64,000 nt of DNA from Mayamaea pseudoterrestris (Eukaryota). Positions 23,414 to 35,950 of the stretch are shown here, piece after piece; the first letter of the stretch is position 1; each line of letters begins with the position of its first letter. The notes under the pieces were generated by a model. That model did no database searches and was not told the DNA's origin. It was given only the letters and a program-made list of their open reading frames with translations. A program made the position numbers and the translations under genes. Location of the stretch: assembly GCA_027923505.1 (NCBI GenBank), contig BROI01000001.1:1922001-1986000 (forward strand). The letters run 5' to 3'.

Positions 23414-24844
23414 ATGAATCCCTCTGACGATTCCGGAAGCGGAACAAATAGAACAACTGCAAACGATGAAATTCCATCCTGGATGATGCACTGGATCCAA
23501 TCACAGAGACGGCCTTCACTAACCGCATTTCCTCAGCCTGCCATGGATGCAAACATTTACAATCAAATGCACCATCCTCCGGAGAGACGAAGCTCATTCA
23601 TCATGCCAAGCCCAATCGATCCATTGTCGCCAAGGAATCGAATGGCAGCACAAAACAACTTTTACCTCGCAGCACCCCCTCGATTGGGACCCAGTCACGG
23701 AGCGAGCACAAGGCAGCAGGCAGAACGCTTGGCGCAGCAACCCTCAACGAGCCAACTTGGAATCACTGAACCGCAACTGCCAAATCCAGCAAGCGCTGCT
23801 CCATTCACTGGCAACACTTATCATGATTCGCCGCAGATGTTTGCGGTGCAGCAGTCTCAGCAACTCCAACAGCGCCAAAACTTTCAGCAAGCGCAGACAC
23901 CGCGAATGACGACGGACCATCAGCCGTCGGCGCACAATTTTCTCAATAGCCATGTCATGCGTCGCGGGTCGGCCACGAACCTTGCGTATTCTGAATCTCC
24001 GAATCCAAATCATGGCATTTGCGCTTCTCAAGCTGAATTTTTGGATGCCTCCCAAATGGGTCTAACGAGGCAGCTCGTTTCCGGATCAAGCTTGGAGAGT
24101 CTCCCAGCATCCGAGCTAAATTCCCAGCAGCGCCTACCGCAGCAGCACGGTTCCTGGTCGAATGCAACAACGTTCGCTCCCGCCGTGCAAGATATGACCT
24201 TGCAGCAGCTCTTGTCCCAGTTTGAACAAAATTCGCAGCAGTACGCGATGCCCTCGGCCACAGATCACAGGTCGCTTGTTCTCTATCCAGAAATGTGTCC
24301 TCACAACGCGCAGCTCCCAGGCGCAATGCAGCCAACGCCCAATATGTTACTCATGAACATGAGAATACAGCAGCTGGCAGCTCCAGTCCTCTTTCCACAA
24401 GTTGAAAGTCCAGCCATTATTCCTTCGAGCGTGTTCTTGCCTGGAACAAAACCGCACCAGCGCAAAAAGTCTCCTCAACCGAAATTCCCCGTAAAGCTCC
24501 ATATGGCACTATCTGATGCAGCGCGAGACGGGAACGAGAACGTTGTTACTTGGACGGACGACGGCAAATACTTTCAGGTCCTCGACAGAGAACGTTTTGT
24601 CTCCGAAATTATCCCTTACTACTTTCGTATGACGAACATGGCATCCTTTCGAAGGCAGCTGGTCAATTACGGGTTTGAGCGCGTACCGAGAGGCCCAAAT
24701 GAAGGCGCATACCACCACGAAAGGTTCCATCGCGACAAGCCCGACTTGGCGCGACACATACTGGTAGTCCGTAAGCTCTCTCCCGAGGAAGCGGCTAATA
24801 AGGCACCTGGATGGGAACCAAGTCGGGACGATTTTGAACTCTAG
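23414..24844 (+). CDS. Heat shock transcription factor with C-terminal HSF DNA-binding domain
   Basis: FPVKLH...VVTWTDDGKYF...YFRMTNMASFRRQLVNYGF...YHHERF; Q-rich N-terminus. Confidence 0.92.
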   Translation: MNPSDDSGSGTNRTTANDEIPSWMMHWIQSQRRPSLTAFPQPAMDANIYNQMHHPPERRSSFIMPSPIDPLSPRNRMAAQNNFYLAAPPRLGPSHGASTRQQAERLAQQPSTSQLGITEPQLPNPASAAPFTGNTYHDSPQMFAVQQSQQLQQRQNFQQAQTPRMTTDHQPSAHNFLNSHVMRRGSATNLAYSESPNPNHGICASQAEFLDASQMGLTRQLVSGSSLESLPASELNSQQRLPQQHGSWSNATTFAPAVQDMTLQQLLSQFEQNSQQYAMPSATDHRSLVLYPEMCPHNAQLPGAMQPTPNMLLMNMRIQQLAAPVLFPQVESPAIIPSSVFLPGTKPHQRKKSPQPKFPVKLHMALSDAARDGNENVVTWTDDGKYFQVLDRERFVSEIIPYYFRMTNMASFRRQLVNYGFERVPRGPNEGAYHHERFHRDKPDLARHILVVRKLSPEEAANKAPGWEPSRDDFEL

Positions 24845-25442
24845 ATATATTCAATTCCAATTTTGATTCACAGCCTATAGTTACTGACTTTACTCGCTTG
24901 TGAAAGACGCAGCTGTATATTCGCCGTAAGCGATCTTTTTGGATGGTCCCCACCGCTAGCCAGGTTTTACTGCGGGTAGAGAAGGAGAAGTTGTTGAAAG
25001 GCGGCAAGAAAAGATTTGGAAATGGAGCTTCCATTCGTCTCTCGATGCGTCGAGACCACTCAGAAGCGTGTCCCGCTTCGAACTCACTTCTTAAGCCCCA
25101 TATTTAAAATGTCTTTGCAGAAGTATAGCCCTTCCTATTTTGAATGACTCTTGCACATGCACCACGTCGGTACGGCACTCGATACGACATGCGCGAAAAC
25201 TGGCAAGAACAAAACGAAGCTTCCACGAATCCTGCATTCTCTCACAGCCAAACCTCTCAGCAATCGACGCACGATCTCCTCGTACAATTTCTGATGCAGA
25301 TATCGTACTTTTCGAGCATAATTCATCGCCAACACTGATTCGGACGAAGCCACAAACGAGCTACGTAGACAGCAAGCGAGCAATTTCTGCGCTTCGCTTT
25401 TTCATCTCACATTCAACACTCAACCATCACCTTTTACAAACG

Positions 25443-26573
25443 ATGCGTTCTGCTTCCAACATTCCCAAGACAATGCGCGCCGTGCTAGCTCGCGACTATG
25501 GTGACATTGACTCGGTACTCAGCGTGGTAGACAATCAGATCGTTCCTCGCTTGACGGATTTGCCAGCCTCCAAGCGCAAGACGCACATGGTAGTCAAGGT
25601 TCTAGCAGTGGCCTTGGCGCCAGGTGATGTGCGAGTACTTTCCGGATTGACACGGGAACTACAAGGTCCGCCTAGTCTGCCTTATGTACCTGGTGGGGAT
25701 GTTTGTGGAATTGTGGCGGAACTGGACGAGACGGAAACGTACCTGCACATTGGCGACCGAGTGGCGGTTCGATTCACCGATGCTCCCCGAGGGGCTTTGG
25801 GAGAATACGCTCTAGTGAGCAAGGCCGTCGCAGACAAAATCGATAATGATCTAAATTCTACGTCGGAGGAAGGAGCTGCCTTGGCGAGTGCGTCACCGGC
25901 TACTGTGCTGGCTCAGCGGATTGAGCCAGGTGAGCGCGTCCTGGTCATGGGAGCTGGCGGCGGGGTCGGTGCACATCTCTGTCAGCTACTGAAGAAGGAA
26001 CGCAAGGCATCACTGGTAGTGGGTGTCTCGAGAAGTCCGGAACATTTGCTGGCAGAACCTATTTCGTGCGATCAGGTTCTTAATTACACGCAACAAGACA
26101 TTTTTGGGCTTGTTGAGTTTCAAAAGATTCCATTCGATGTTATAATTGACTTGTCTGGTCATAGCTATGCTCGTTTACAAGATTGTGTCGCACAGAATCA
26201 TCCGCTCATTGTCAAGCCAGGAAGTCAAGGCGGTCGATTCTTAACAATGGTCGCTCCGATTGGCGCCACCTTTGAAGCCCACAGCATCTGGCAAGTTCTA
26301 AACATTTTTCTGTTTCCAACACTATGGCTCTCGTTTTGGTCGCGCATTTGGACGAGACGCAAGCTTCCGATCTACACGTTCGCATTCAGTCTCCCAAGTA
26401 CGCGCGATTGCATGACTAAGACGCTGCAGCTCGTTGCTGAGAGGAAACTCAAGGCGGTCATTGACCCCCAAGGTCCCTTTCCATTTACGACAGAAGGTGT
26501 TCGCAAAGCTTTTCGCTGCCAAGAAAGCCGGCATGCTCAGGGAAAGGTTGTTATTCGAGTCGCTGATGAATAG
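25443..26573 (+). CDS. MDR-family NAD(P)H quinone oxidoreductase (zinc-independent)
   Basis: PYVPGGDVCGIV, GDRV, GAGGGVG, HAQGKVVI; probable start MRSASN. Confidence 0.88.
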   Translation: MRSASNIPKTMRAVLARDYGDIDSVLSVVDNQIVPRLTDLPASKRKTHMVVKVLAVALAPGDVRVLSGLTRELQGPPSLPYVPGGDVCGIVAELDETETYLHIGDRVAVRFTDAPRGALGEYALVSKAVADKIDNDLNSTSEEGAALASASPATVLAQRIEPGERVLVMGAGGGVGAHLCQLLKKERKASLVVGVSRSPEHLLAEPISCDQVLNYTQQDIFGLVEFQKIPFDVIIDLSGHSYARLQDCVAQNHPLIVKPGSQGGRFLTMVAPIGATFEAHSIWQVLNIFLFPTLWLSFWSRIWTRRKLPIYTFAFSLPSTRDCMTKTLQLVAERKLKAVIDPQGPFPFTTEGVRKAFRCQESRHAQGKVVIRVADE

Positions 26574-28658
26574 GGATGAATAATTCCTGATCAGCAAGTA
26601 GAGTAAACTACGACGATTCGAGGAATTAGTGGACGCGGCAAAGCTGCTTTAATTAACGGGCTCGTCGAAGCATAGGACATAATTTAGGATCTGAGTAAAT
26701 GAAGTAGACGATGAGTTTTCGCTGTGTACAACATGGTTCATTCACAAAATGTAGCAGTGAGCCACAGAATCTCAGTCGAGTGCTCGCGGAACGACGAATT
26801 GTACACAATCCACAAGCATCCTGTTGCAGCGCAAGCCGAGCACGCAGCTCTCAAGGACCGTCTATTCCGATATCAGCACTCAGTCAATTGCTGCTGCCTG
26901 AAACACTCATAACGAGTGTAACAAACCGCCAACAACCTCAAAGCTCTTTCAATCAGGCCAGCCTATCCTTTAATGGGGTCAAAAAGACCAACTCACAACC
27001 ACAACATTCTGACCTAAGTCAAGCTCGTGCATAGGATCATTCCTTTGCTTTCGTTGAAACCAAAGCCGCGCCAAGATGTGTCGTTCCAGGTTTCGGGACA
27101 GGAAATCCTGTCCCAGAAGCGAATATCCAAAGCAGTCGACATAAAACCCAAAAGAACAAGATAAAACATCCGGAATGGTTGTCCTATCCATGGTTCACGA
27201 GAAGCAGTTCACCTTTGGAAGCCAGGAGGGAATCTCTCGGCCTACATCAGGTCCCTGCCACTGAACACTGAACTCAAGTCGTTGCCGATTGTGCCTTCAT
27301 GCATCGTTCCATACCAAACTATCTCTTCCATCCTCTCCCAGTAGCAAAAGCCAAGTTAGGGTTAAAGCTGCCCTTCGACGAGCCAGGTTACGTCCAAGGA
27401 CCATACCCAAACCCATTGTCGTCGGACTCTCGAGGGCGCGACTCGTGTAGTTCCAACTCAACAAAGAATCACAAGTGTACGCGAGCAAACATATCCAGGT
27501 GCCAATGACACCATCATTGATTCTTCCTGCACTAAATCAACGAACCAACATCCGCGTGATTTACTTGCCTGTTCCATTTGTTGTCGTCGCCATTACTAGT
27601 CCTTTGCTTCATCGTTCATCTTCATCGTCGTCGGTCTTTCATCACTCCATTTAATGTCACTGTTTCTTGCTTTCATTCATAATTAACAACTTCATAAGCG
27701 CGTCCTATCTTGCTGATAAGATCTTTTTCTGTCGCTGGTTAGACAGCATCGCATCCATTTGATGGTGATGCCTTTTCTTTGCGTCCACGCCGCAGCGATG
27801 AAGCGATGGCTTTGCGGTGATTGCTTGCAGCTGTCGTAACGGTATTGAGTAAGGATCGCATCGCCACTGGCATTCAAGCAAAAGCCTGACCAATACCAAC
27901 TATGCAAACAGTTTTAAGCTATGTTGTTATCAAATAAGCGCATAGAATAGCAACGTTTGTAGCCTACCATGACGAGTAAGTTCCTTCGGCGCCAAAGATG
28001 CACAAAGGTATCTTGAGTAACGATACGACAGCAACATTTTTTTCTTGCGACGATCCATCATCAACGCAGATCTTGAGGTTGTCACAAGACCGAACGACGA
28101 CACAGACCCACAGAATTTGACCATCAATCAAGGTGAAAGAGTCTGATCTAGTAGTAAGCTGCGACAATATTATATAGCCAAGCTCGATCTAGACACAGTA
28201 TATGTAAAGCTGGCGTGAAGGCTCGGTGATCGATGCAAGAATCTTCGCGCACCCGATTTTCTTCTCAAGAGAACAGAACACAATACTCCGACTAGGATTT
28301 TTGTGGCTGCGATTTTGTGGACACTTCTTTTGCGACTTGCATTTGAAAGACGGCGCTATCTGCATTATAACTTACCTATCAAGACGTCGAGAGAGGTGAA
28401 TTAGGCTGTTTGAACTATACCTCAAATTCGGACTCTCATTTTTCCTTCTGGAGAGGTCCAGGGAAAGCACGCAAACGTCAATCGCCAACAGTGTCAACGA
28501 TTAAAGCTATCTTGTTCGAATACTACCTTTCAACGGTCTATAAAGTACTCTTATAACAGGTATGTAGGTGCAAAGCGGCTGGTTCTACGTGGTAAGCTGA
28601 TGTTTACAAGCATTGTTCTGACTGGCGTACCGTGCGTCACAGGATTTACGAAGGAATC

Positions 28659-29612
28659 ATGCTACCTCTCTCGCCTCGATCGCGCTCAAATGCATCAGCA
28701 TCTCCATCTCCAACTGGATCTTCTCCAGTCAATCGAGCTGGGGTCTCGCCGAGGACTCAGGCGAGGGTGCTGCCCGAAAGCGGGTTCGCTCTACCGAACT
28801 CGCCCTTGAACCGCCTTGGACACCAGTCGCTGCGTGTCACTAGTGTCAAGAAGCAAGCCTTCCAATTCTCGAGGCCTCGGCATCATTCTGGATCGCATGT
28901 ACCAGCTCTCCCGGATCTTGCGACTGCTTCGCCAATGCCTTCCACAAGTACTCTCTCGCCCGAGTTGAAGACTGCGTCATCTTCTGACACGACCTTGACA
29001 AGTAGCACTTCTGCAACAACTACTCCAAGCAGCCATCTCTCCTCCTTGAGCTCTCTATCCACAAGCCCATCATCAGCATTTGGTCGTCGCATTCTACTGA
29101 ACGACGCGGTAGCCAAGTCGGCGACGAGAGCGGCTCAGCGCGAAAACGATGCCATGGTTTACATTGAAGGCACGGGCCACGTGTTGTACAGCTGCGCTCA
29201 CTGTCGCACGCACTTGACCACGCACGAAGACATTTTGTCCAAAATGTTTCAGGGCCGCCATGGTCGGGCCTTTTTGTTCGACTCCTGCGTCAATGTCACG
29301 TTGGGGCCGGCGGAGGAGCGAATGCTTATTACTGGCAGGCATGTTGTGTGCGATTTGTTTTGCAAGCGCTGCAACCACTTGGTGGGATGGACGTATCAGC
29401 GTGCGTATGAAGCGAGTCAAAAGTATAAGGAGGGCAAGTTTATTATTGAAAAGATTCACTTGTACGTGGAACATGAGGATGACGATGTTGGAACATGTGG
29501 GGGTGGTGGCATTTCGATGCGCAACAAGAAGATGAGGAGCCACAGCTGGGGTAATGCGAAAGATAGTTTTGCGGAGGATTCCAGTAGTAGCATCGTCTAC
29601 GAATACCGGTAA
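28659..29612 (+). CDS. Yippee-family zinc-binding protein with a long S/T-rich N-terminal extension
   Basis: CAHCRTHL, SKMFQGRHGRAFLF, TGRHVVCDLFCKRC, QKYKEGKFIIE. Confidence 0.92.
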   Translation: MLPLSPRSRSNASASPSPTGSSPVNRAGVSPRTQARVLPESGFALPNSPLNRLGHQSLRVTSVKKQAFQFSRPRHHSGSHVPALPDLATASPMPSTSTLSPELKTASSSDTTLTSSTSATTTPSSHLSSLSSLSTSPSSAFGRRILLNDAVAKSATRAAQRENDAMVYIEGTGHVLYSCAHCRTHLTTHEDILSKMFQGRHGRAFLFDSCVNVTLGPAEERMLITGRHVVCDLFCKRCNHLVGWTYQRAYEASQKYKEGKFIIEKIHLYVEHEDDDVGTCGGGGISMRNKKMRSHSWGNAKDSFAEDSSSSIVYEYR

Positions 29613-29899
29613 GGGTAGGGAAAAAGATGGAAGCGGATACAGTCGACGTCGCCGTACACAACATGCGGGCAATGCTTCGTCTTTCGGGTGAGATTTATAC
29701 ATGATATGCATACTTTAAGAGATTTTATATAGCCACTACTACGGCAAGTCATTTAACCTTAAATGCACAGAGTGGCTACGGAATAGGCTCCTTCCCTGAC
29801 ATAAAGTTGCGTTACACACGAGCAAGGTGCTCGTGAAGCAACGTTCATGCAGACAATGGCAAGCGGTTCCATTTCAAGCAAACTTGGGCATGAGCTCAC

Positions 29900-30640
29900 T
29901 CAGGTAAACTCTTGTTCAAAACTTGTTCGACTCGTGCTCGATAGCGACTGATTCAGGGCGACATTGTCTCTGTTTGACATTCTCCTCCGTCGGTTGCTGC
30001 TCACTTCTCCAGGACTTGGTAGTTCGGCTCCCATGGATCGATGCAAACCATTACCTTCGCCATTGTAGTAGACTGCGTTTGGCATAGGTCGGACGCCTCC
30101 ACGCAGCGCCATTTCCTCCAGTGTATGTTGCGAAAGGCAGGATATGTTGTCATCCTCGAATGGATAGACGGCTTCCTCGCCCAAGAATTTTGGAATGTCC
30201 GTCGACCGCACCGACGGTCGCGTCGCGGATGCGGCAAGCTTTTGTAGTTCCTGCGCAATGGACAATGCCGGAGCTGGTGTTCGTGCATAGTGGTGTTGGT
30301 GAAGCACGTCGCCGCCGACTGGAGAATGAGTCATGTTGTATCCGTGATCGTTCGTTGCTGTCGGCGGTGGCCACCGACAGTCTTGGACAAAGTATGAAAT
30401 GGCGTCGACTGCTGTTCCGCAGCCGCCCAAGACTAGCCTTGCTAAATGTTGCAACTGCTCCTGAAAGTTGCGAGGCTCTCGCTCGTTACAATCATGTTCG
30501 GCTGCTTCAACATTGGCTGCTAAATGGGGACTGTCCTTGTTAGTCATGAGCTCGTGCTGCTGATCGTCGTCATCCACCTTCTTTTCCTCCACTCCGCTCT
30601 CGCGTCGCATATGATGCATGTCGCTGTGAACACTGTTCAT
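29900..30640 (-). CDS. Hypothetical protein
   Basis: 246-aa ATG-initiated ORF with coding-like composition (DDNISCLSQHTLEEM); no recognised domain. Confidence 0.65.
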   Translation of the reverse strand: MNSVHSDMHHMRRESGVEEKKVDDDDQQHELMTNKDSPHLAANVEAAEHDCNEREPRNFQEQLQHLARLVLGGCGTAVDAISYFVQDCRWPPPTATNDHGYNMTHSPVGGDVLHQHHYARTPAPALSIAQELQKLAASATRPSVRSTDIPKFLGEEAVYPFEDDNISCLSQHTLEEMALRGGVRPMPNAVYYNGEGNGLHRSMGAELPSPGEVSSNRRRRMSNRDNVALNQSLSSTSRTSFEQEFT

Positions 30641-31471
30641 ATTGTTTAGAATTGTCGGTTTATGTTGTATAGCAAGGTCCGTTCAGATGATTGTATTCCT
30701 TGCAAAAGGTCTGCCGACAATCCGACAGTCTGATCGATGCTTCCTTCTCTTGTCAAGTAAAAAATATTTCTCTCAAGCAGTAATTTGTGGACTAAGACGT
30801 GGAATTTTTTCCAACAATCAAAAACCAATCGGAAAGTATATGTAACAATGCGATTCGTTCCAGCAAATGGATCGGCGCTTGAACAAGGCGTTGAGTTTCA
30901 ATGAGCCGACGTAAGACTAAACTGAATTCAATGAACCAGCAGACATCACTTTACTCCACAATGCAAAACTGCTTCAAAATAACCAGCGCAAAAGCAATTG
31001 GTCGATAAACACGAGTAGTGTTGCAGCTGCTTGCAAATTAATGATGTGAGTCGCAATCGAGGTCGCAGCAGTTTCTCCATGGCCGAGCAGTTCTCGCGCT
31101 GGCCGACTCGTCAGCGATGCAGGGCTATAATGAATTCGACGCCAGTGTACTATTTCATGCATAGTAGATTCATGACTTGCTTAAGCCTTCATCCGTTGCG
31201 GATTTAAACATTGTCGCAGCGGGCTACGATCTACCTTTGTTTCCAAAATATCGCCGCGGGAACTTCCAAATAGTATAAGTATCGGTATCTGATGGAAGAG
31301 ATTCAAATTATGGATAATACGATAAGCTATTACATTAGCAACGTCGGCAGGTACGGTACTGTAAGCTTCGACGTTGGATCGACATCACCGACGCGGCAGT
31401 ATGTACGTGCAACAATAACGTAAAAGTATCAAGTTCCGTCTTGATGTGTAAACAATACTCACTTGGCTGCA

Positions 31472-32116
31472 TTATGGAGTCTCGACAGCCATTTCCAGCA
31501 TTATGTGTACATGCACTAGGAGAATAATTGCCATCCAATGCGCATCATACCACAACTGCAAGCCTGCAGAAAGAATCCACGGGAAGCGAAGAAACATGAT
31601 GAACTGGTCACGACTGAGCATCTTGTGTTTGAAATCGTAGAGAAGCCCTGCCGCGGATAGATGCAGCGTTATGAAAAACACTCCGCAAAGACGAAGAGTT
31701 ATCAATACTTGGTCAATCGGCTTGAATGCAGCAGCGTGCCCACCAATACGCAACAAACTCAATGACATCCCGACACTGGTCACAATTAATTGAGTAAAGT
31801 ACCATTTGGGGAGCGCCGTGTCGATGCTCCACGCAAGTTTGAAAAAGTAGTTTGTCTTTACTCGTTCGCCCAGCACTTCACTTGGGCCGACCGGGCGTAG
31901 CACGTAGAACTCCTTTACACTAGCATTGCAGCAGGGACAGCGGCACTCACCGACGCAAGCCTTGCGCCATGCTTGAAAACAGGTTGCATGAAACCCCGAG
32001 TGCTTGCATGGAGTCACGAAGCCTCGTTCAGACGTGGAAATGGCGTCGAGACAAATGCGACAGTCGTCCTCCTCTGCGTCATTGTCTTTGCGTGGACTCT
32101 GCTTGAAGAAAAACAT
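31472..32116 (-). CDS. RING-H2 finger membrane protein (putative E3 ligase)
   Basis: CRIC...PCKHSGFHATC...W...CPCC followed by hydrophobic helices; start uncertain. Confidence 0.8.
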   Translation of the reverse strand: MFFFKQSPRKDNDAEEDDCRICLDAISTSERGFVTPCKHSGFHATCFQAWRKACVGECRCPCCNASVKEFYVLRPVGPSEVLGERVKTNYFFKLAWSIDTALPKWYFTQLIVTSVGMSLSLLRIGGHAAAFKPIDQVLITLRLCGVFFITLHLSAAGLLYDFKHKMLSRDQFIMFLRFPWILSAGLQLWYDAHWMAIILLVHVHIMLEMAVETP

Positions 32117-32434
32117 AACTGTTATGGTGCTAGGAATAACACAATTATAATGCAAAGCAAGACAACTTTGCAAACTCTGCAAGATGCAACATCAACGACT
32201 CATTTGACGAGACGAGACGGACGCGAAGTCCGCGCGGGAAACGACCGTTTCTCCAGTACCGCTCCGACTTGTTCGCGCTCCTCGTCTCGACGACGCTTTG
32301 TCTTCACTTCACACCATGACCATGGCGAGACGGTTGTGTATCCGCATCAGACCTTGCAGTTGTTCGATACAAAGCTGGAACGGAACAATCCTGAAAAAAT
32401 TCACACGACACTTAAGATAAGAGAAACCGTTTTG

Positions 32435-33596
32435 ATGGACATGTTTGATGACGAGCTCAACCAATCGTCGCAGCAGGAAGATGCAACGAGCTGTTGCAAC
32501 GACAAGGAACAAGAATCATGGCACTACCGACAGCAATCTATCAGTTCTATCATGAACTGTTGCCTGCTCAGTCCTCATCAATGTCGGCTTTCCAATGGTC
32601 AAGAGGATTTGGAAAAGCAGGCTTTTTCCTTGCCATTTCGGTTCGTCTTGGCAGGCCCGGCGCAATCGGGCAAAAGCAGTCTCCTCTTTCAGCTTGCTTG
32701 CTCCATGGCTGCCAGCGATGCTTCAACGTCAGTGGTCTATATTCGAGCGCAAGACGACGAAGCTGAAAATGATTCTGGACGGATCGAAACGTCGCTACCT
32801 TTGGAAGGATGCTGCCTTGCGGAACTGCAAGATATGCATGCTGCTGGTACTACAAACCAAGTGCCAGCAGCAGCACATTCTTCATTGCCATTGACATCAT
32901 ATCTCGACGATCCCGAAGTATTGGCGCGCATTCACGTACATCATGTTGTTTGCATACGAGACGTGTATCAGTTGCTTCTGTCGGGAAAGGCGTTATCAAG
33001 TGAGACGGGTCCTACCACGTTGATCGTGCTTGACGACTTGGATCGCTTGTTTCCAACAGTCAATCAGCAGTACGAATTTCACAAGCAAGATCCGCATATG
33101 GCCATTTCACAATTATGTGAGTTTCAGAGAACGGCGAGCAGAACGTGTTTCTGCGAAACTACTCGTTTCTCATCAAACTTTCTGTCACAATATAGTATCT
33201 GTCCTCGTGGACACGGCCAATCATGGCTCGGACGGGCCAATTTCGGTGGCCATCTCCTTGACGGCAGTCACAACAAGTTGCAGTGCAAGCCATGGACGGA
33301 CCATGCCAATGCTCTTTTCGCCAACGCTTTCACTGAAAACCATAGAGTTATATACGCCAAGCACAAATGATATAACGCATAAGGAATTAATGGCCAAGGC
33401 GTCTGTCTTGTTGCAGCAGCACTATCCTGATATGGTCGTCGCCAGTTGTTGGTGCTTGGAGATGGCAAGCTGCGCGGCGACTACCGGCTTTCAGCGGTAT
33501 TACGCTATTGTAAGCAATGCCATAGATTCCGATAATGCAGGCAAAGAGGTCATGATGCATTTAGGCGATAGATCGCTCGCGAAAAACGATGCATAA
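32435..33596 (+). CDS. SWSAP1-like RecA/RAD51-paralog ATPase; 2 exons
   Basis: Walker A GPAQSGKS followed by LLFQLA, Walker B LIVLDDLD, then LSVLVDTA after intron 33117-33195. Confidence 0.7.
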
Positions 33597-33700
33597 CTTG
33601 GGTTACATTATTTTATTATACATCGCAACAATCTCCTGGAAGTTATATTACTGGGACTACTGGTAGAAATGTGAGTACCAAACCCGCTCACGATCCGAAT

Positions 33701-35706
33701 CTATTGCATGTTGAACGTTTCCATTCCGAGCATAGTCGCCGCGTCAACCTGCGCAACAGCCAGCGTACGCATGCTAACCAGCTCTTTTATTTCTTCCTTG
33801 GTGCGACAGTTTGCTAGCCCATTGTCGTAAAGCTTAATGACTTCCTTGGCCGCGTTCAAATCCGTCGCGGTCCCCAGCGCGAGCTGCCCCAGTTGCATGT
33901 ACGCCGCCGTAAATTGAGAATCCACTTCAATGGCGCGCTCTAAAAAGTCCATTATAGCCGCCGTGTCTGGCATCTGACCTTGTCCGGGAGGTGTATTCAA
34001 TATGGTCATGGCGCAATTCACGTATGGTGTTGGATTGCCCGGTTCGAGTTCAATCGCCATTTCAAATTGCTCTCTTGCTTCCTCCATCTTGTTCTGTGTA
34101 AATAAGAGCTCACCGCGATGCGACTTGACGTCGGATGACTTCGGATCTTCATTCTCCGCCATGTCGAGTTGACGCGTAGCACTTTCAATATCGTTCGTGC
34201 TGGCGAATAAAGACGCTAAGCGGAGGCGAGCCATGACGTGATTAGGCTTTAGCTCCAAACACTTGAGTAAATCAGTCTTGGCCTCCTCTGCCTTGCTTTG
34301 TAGCATTTTTAGATTAGAACGATGCAGTAGAGCATCAACATTATCGGGATCAATTCCAAGCGCCATGTCAAATAATTTATAAGCCTCATCGAGTTCAGCC
34401 TTATCCATTTGTACGCCAGCTTGCTTTACCAGCAGCAACGCATTAGTCGGCTCCACATCTGCGCATTTGCGATAAACTGCCATGCTCCCTTCCAAATTAT
34501 AGTGCCAATGTCGAACCATGCCAGTCCATTCCAGCAAACGAGCATATGCACCATCCGGCATGGCATCAATGGCGGCCTGTTGGTCCGGAGCATTTTCAAT
34601 GCAAGCGAAGCCTTGCTCGAAATCAGCCGATGCAAGGTCATACCGACCATCATAGACATAACGCTGACCCCGCTTCATTAACATTGTCGCTCGATTCGCA
34701 ATCGCTTCTGCATCGGACGCTTCGTCCGGTATCACCATGGAAGATGCACTTCCACTTCGAGCTGCATCGGCCATCCAAGCATTGTAGCCAGTATAACTTT
34801 TCAAAAGCTGGACAATCGTGTACGGACTCGGCAAGACAGCCTTACTACGTTTCTCCAGCTCCTGTTCATACGGCGCCACGGCTTCCGGCAAAATGAGCGT
34901 CAAGAGCTCATGCAGCTTACTTTCCGACACGGGAGGCGGCGGAATTGGCAAACCCATGCGGAGCGTGTTGCGGTGTTGACGCATGTGCAGCAACTGCGAG
35001 GCGCAGACCTCCACGAGCGCGTCAAACGGACGATGCAACACGTTCTCCAACATGCGCAGCTTGCGCGTCCGCGCCTTGACATGCATGGGATCTGTTTCAA
35101 GAATGGTGTTGCAATCCTCCAGTGATAATTCTGGTAGATTGGCCTTTTCGTACATGGCGGAGCGATTGTTTAATAGCGTAATGGCCTGTTTTTGCAGAGC
35201 AGTAGAGCCGCCTTCCGTACTGCTACCAATCAAGTCCAATGCGTCAGTAAAAGCCTGGGCAGCATCCAAAAACTGAGTATATGAATGAGATAGGAGTCAG
35301 GTCAGATCTGCATAATTAACAACGCAACTTTACGCAGCCCATTTTAAATTTCTTATACCTGCTTTGCTTTGAAAAAGGCCTTGCCCTTCTTGTCGAGTTC
35401 CTCAATCTCAGCGTGCAGAGCCTTCTCGTCCTCCTTGGAGCTCGTTTTAATCGCTTCCTTTTCATCCGGAGTCGGAGTCTTTCGTTCCTCTGGCTGTTTT
35501 CGCGAGGCTGGCTTGTCTTGGGTCGTCGTTGCGTCCTTTCCTTTAGAGGATGTTTGATCATTTAAAGATTGCGACGACGGACTGGCAGATTTCGACGCGC
35601 GTCGAAAGTAATACCATAAGAAACTTAACGAAAAGACTGTAGCGAGACTGAACAGAGCGATTTGCGTAGAACGCAGGTTGTGGCGAGCGAGGGCGTTGTT
35701 GGCCAT
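33701..35706 (-). CDS. TOM70: Mitochondrial import receptor TOM70 (N-terminal anchor plus TPR array); 2 exons
   Basis: N-terminal TM with basic flank, KKGKAFFKAKQ|FLDAAQAFTDAL clamp TPR, NNRSAMYEK, many TPRs; intron 35273-35358. Confidence 0.82.
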
Positions 35707-35938
35707 GGTATTATTAAACGGATCTTGTTTATAGCGACGAAACAGTCAGTTGCTGGAGCTGCGTTGTTTGCAAGTAGGTTAAAAAGTGCTGAAAAAACGT
35801 CAATAAAGGAGGGCAAGGAAGATTTCGCTGCTTGGTATCGATAGAGCAAGCGAATCTTATAGTTTGGGAGGCAAACTTGCTGGATTCTAATTTGTGAGGA
35901 CCGGATGGCCATGGTCGTTCGCAACTTTCGCGCGTTTC

Positions 35939-35950
35939 TGTGACGTCACA
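35939..35950. promoter_or_regulatory. Palindromic CRE/bZIP-type motif TGTGACGTCACA upstream of TOM70
   Basis: 12-bp perfect palindrome about 230 bp upstream of the ATG; function inferred. Confidence 0.35.

Noticed and set aside
24940..25105. RNase MRP-like CR-V motif (AATATGGGGCTTAA on the minus strand)
   Set aside because: No matching CR-I (GAAAGTCCCC-like) at a suitable upstream position on the same strand
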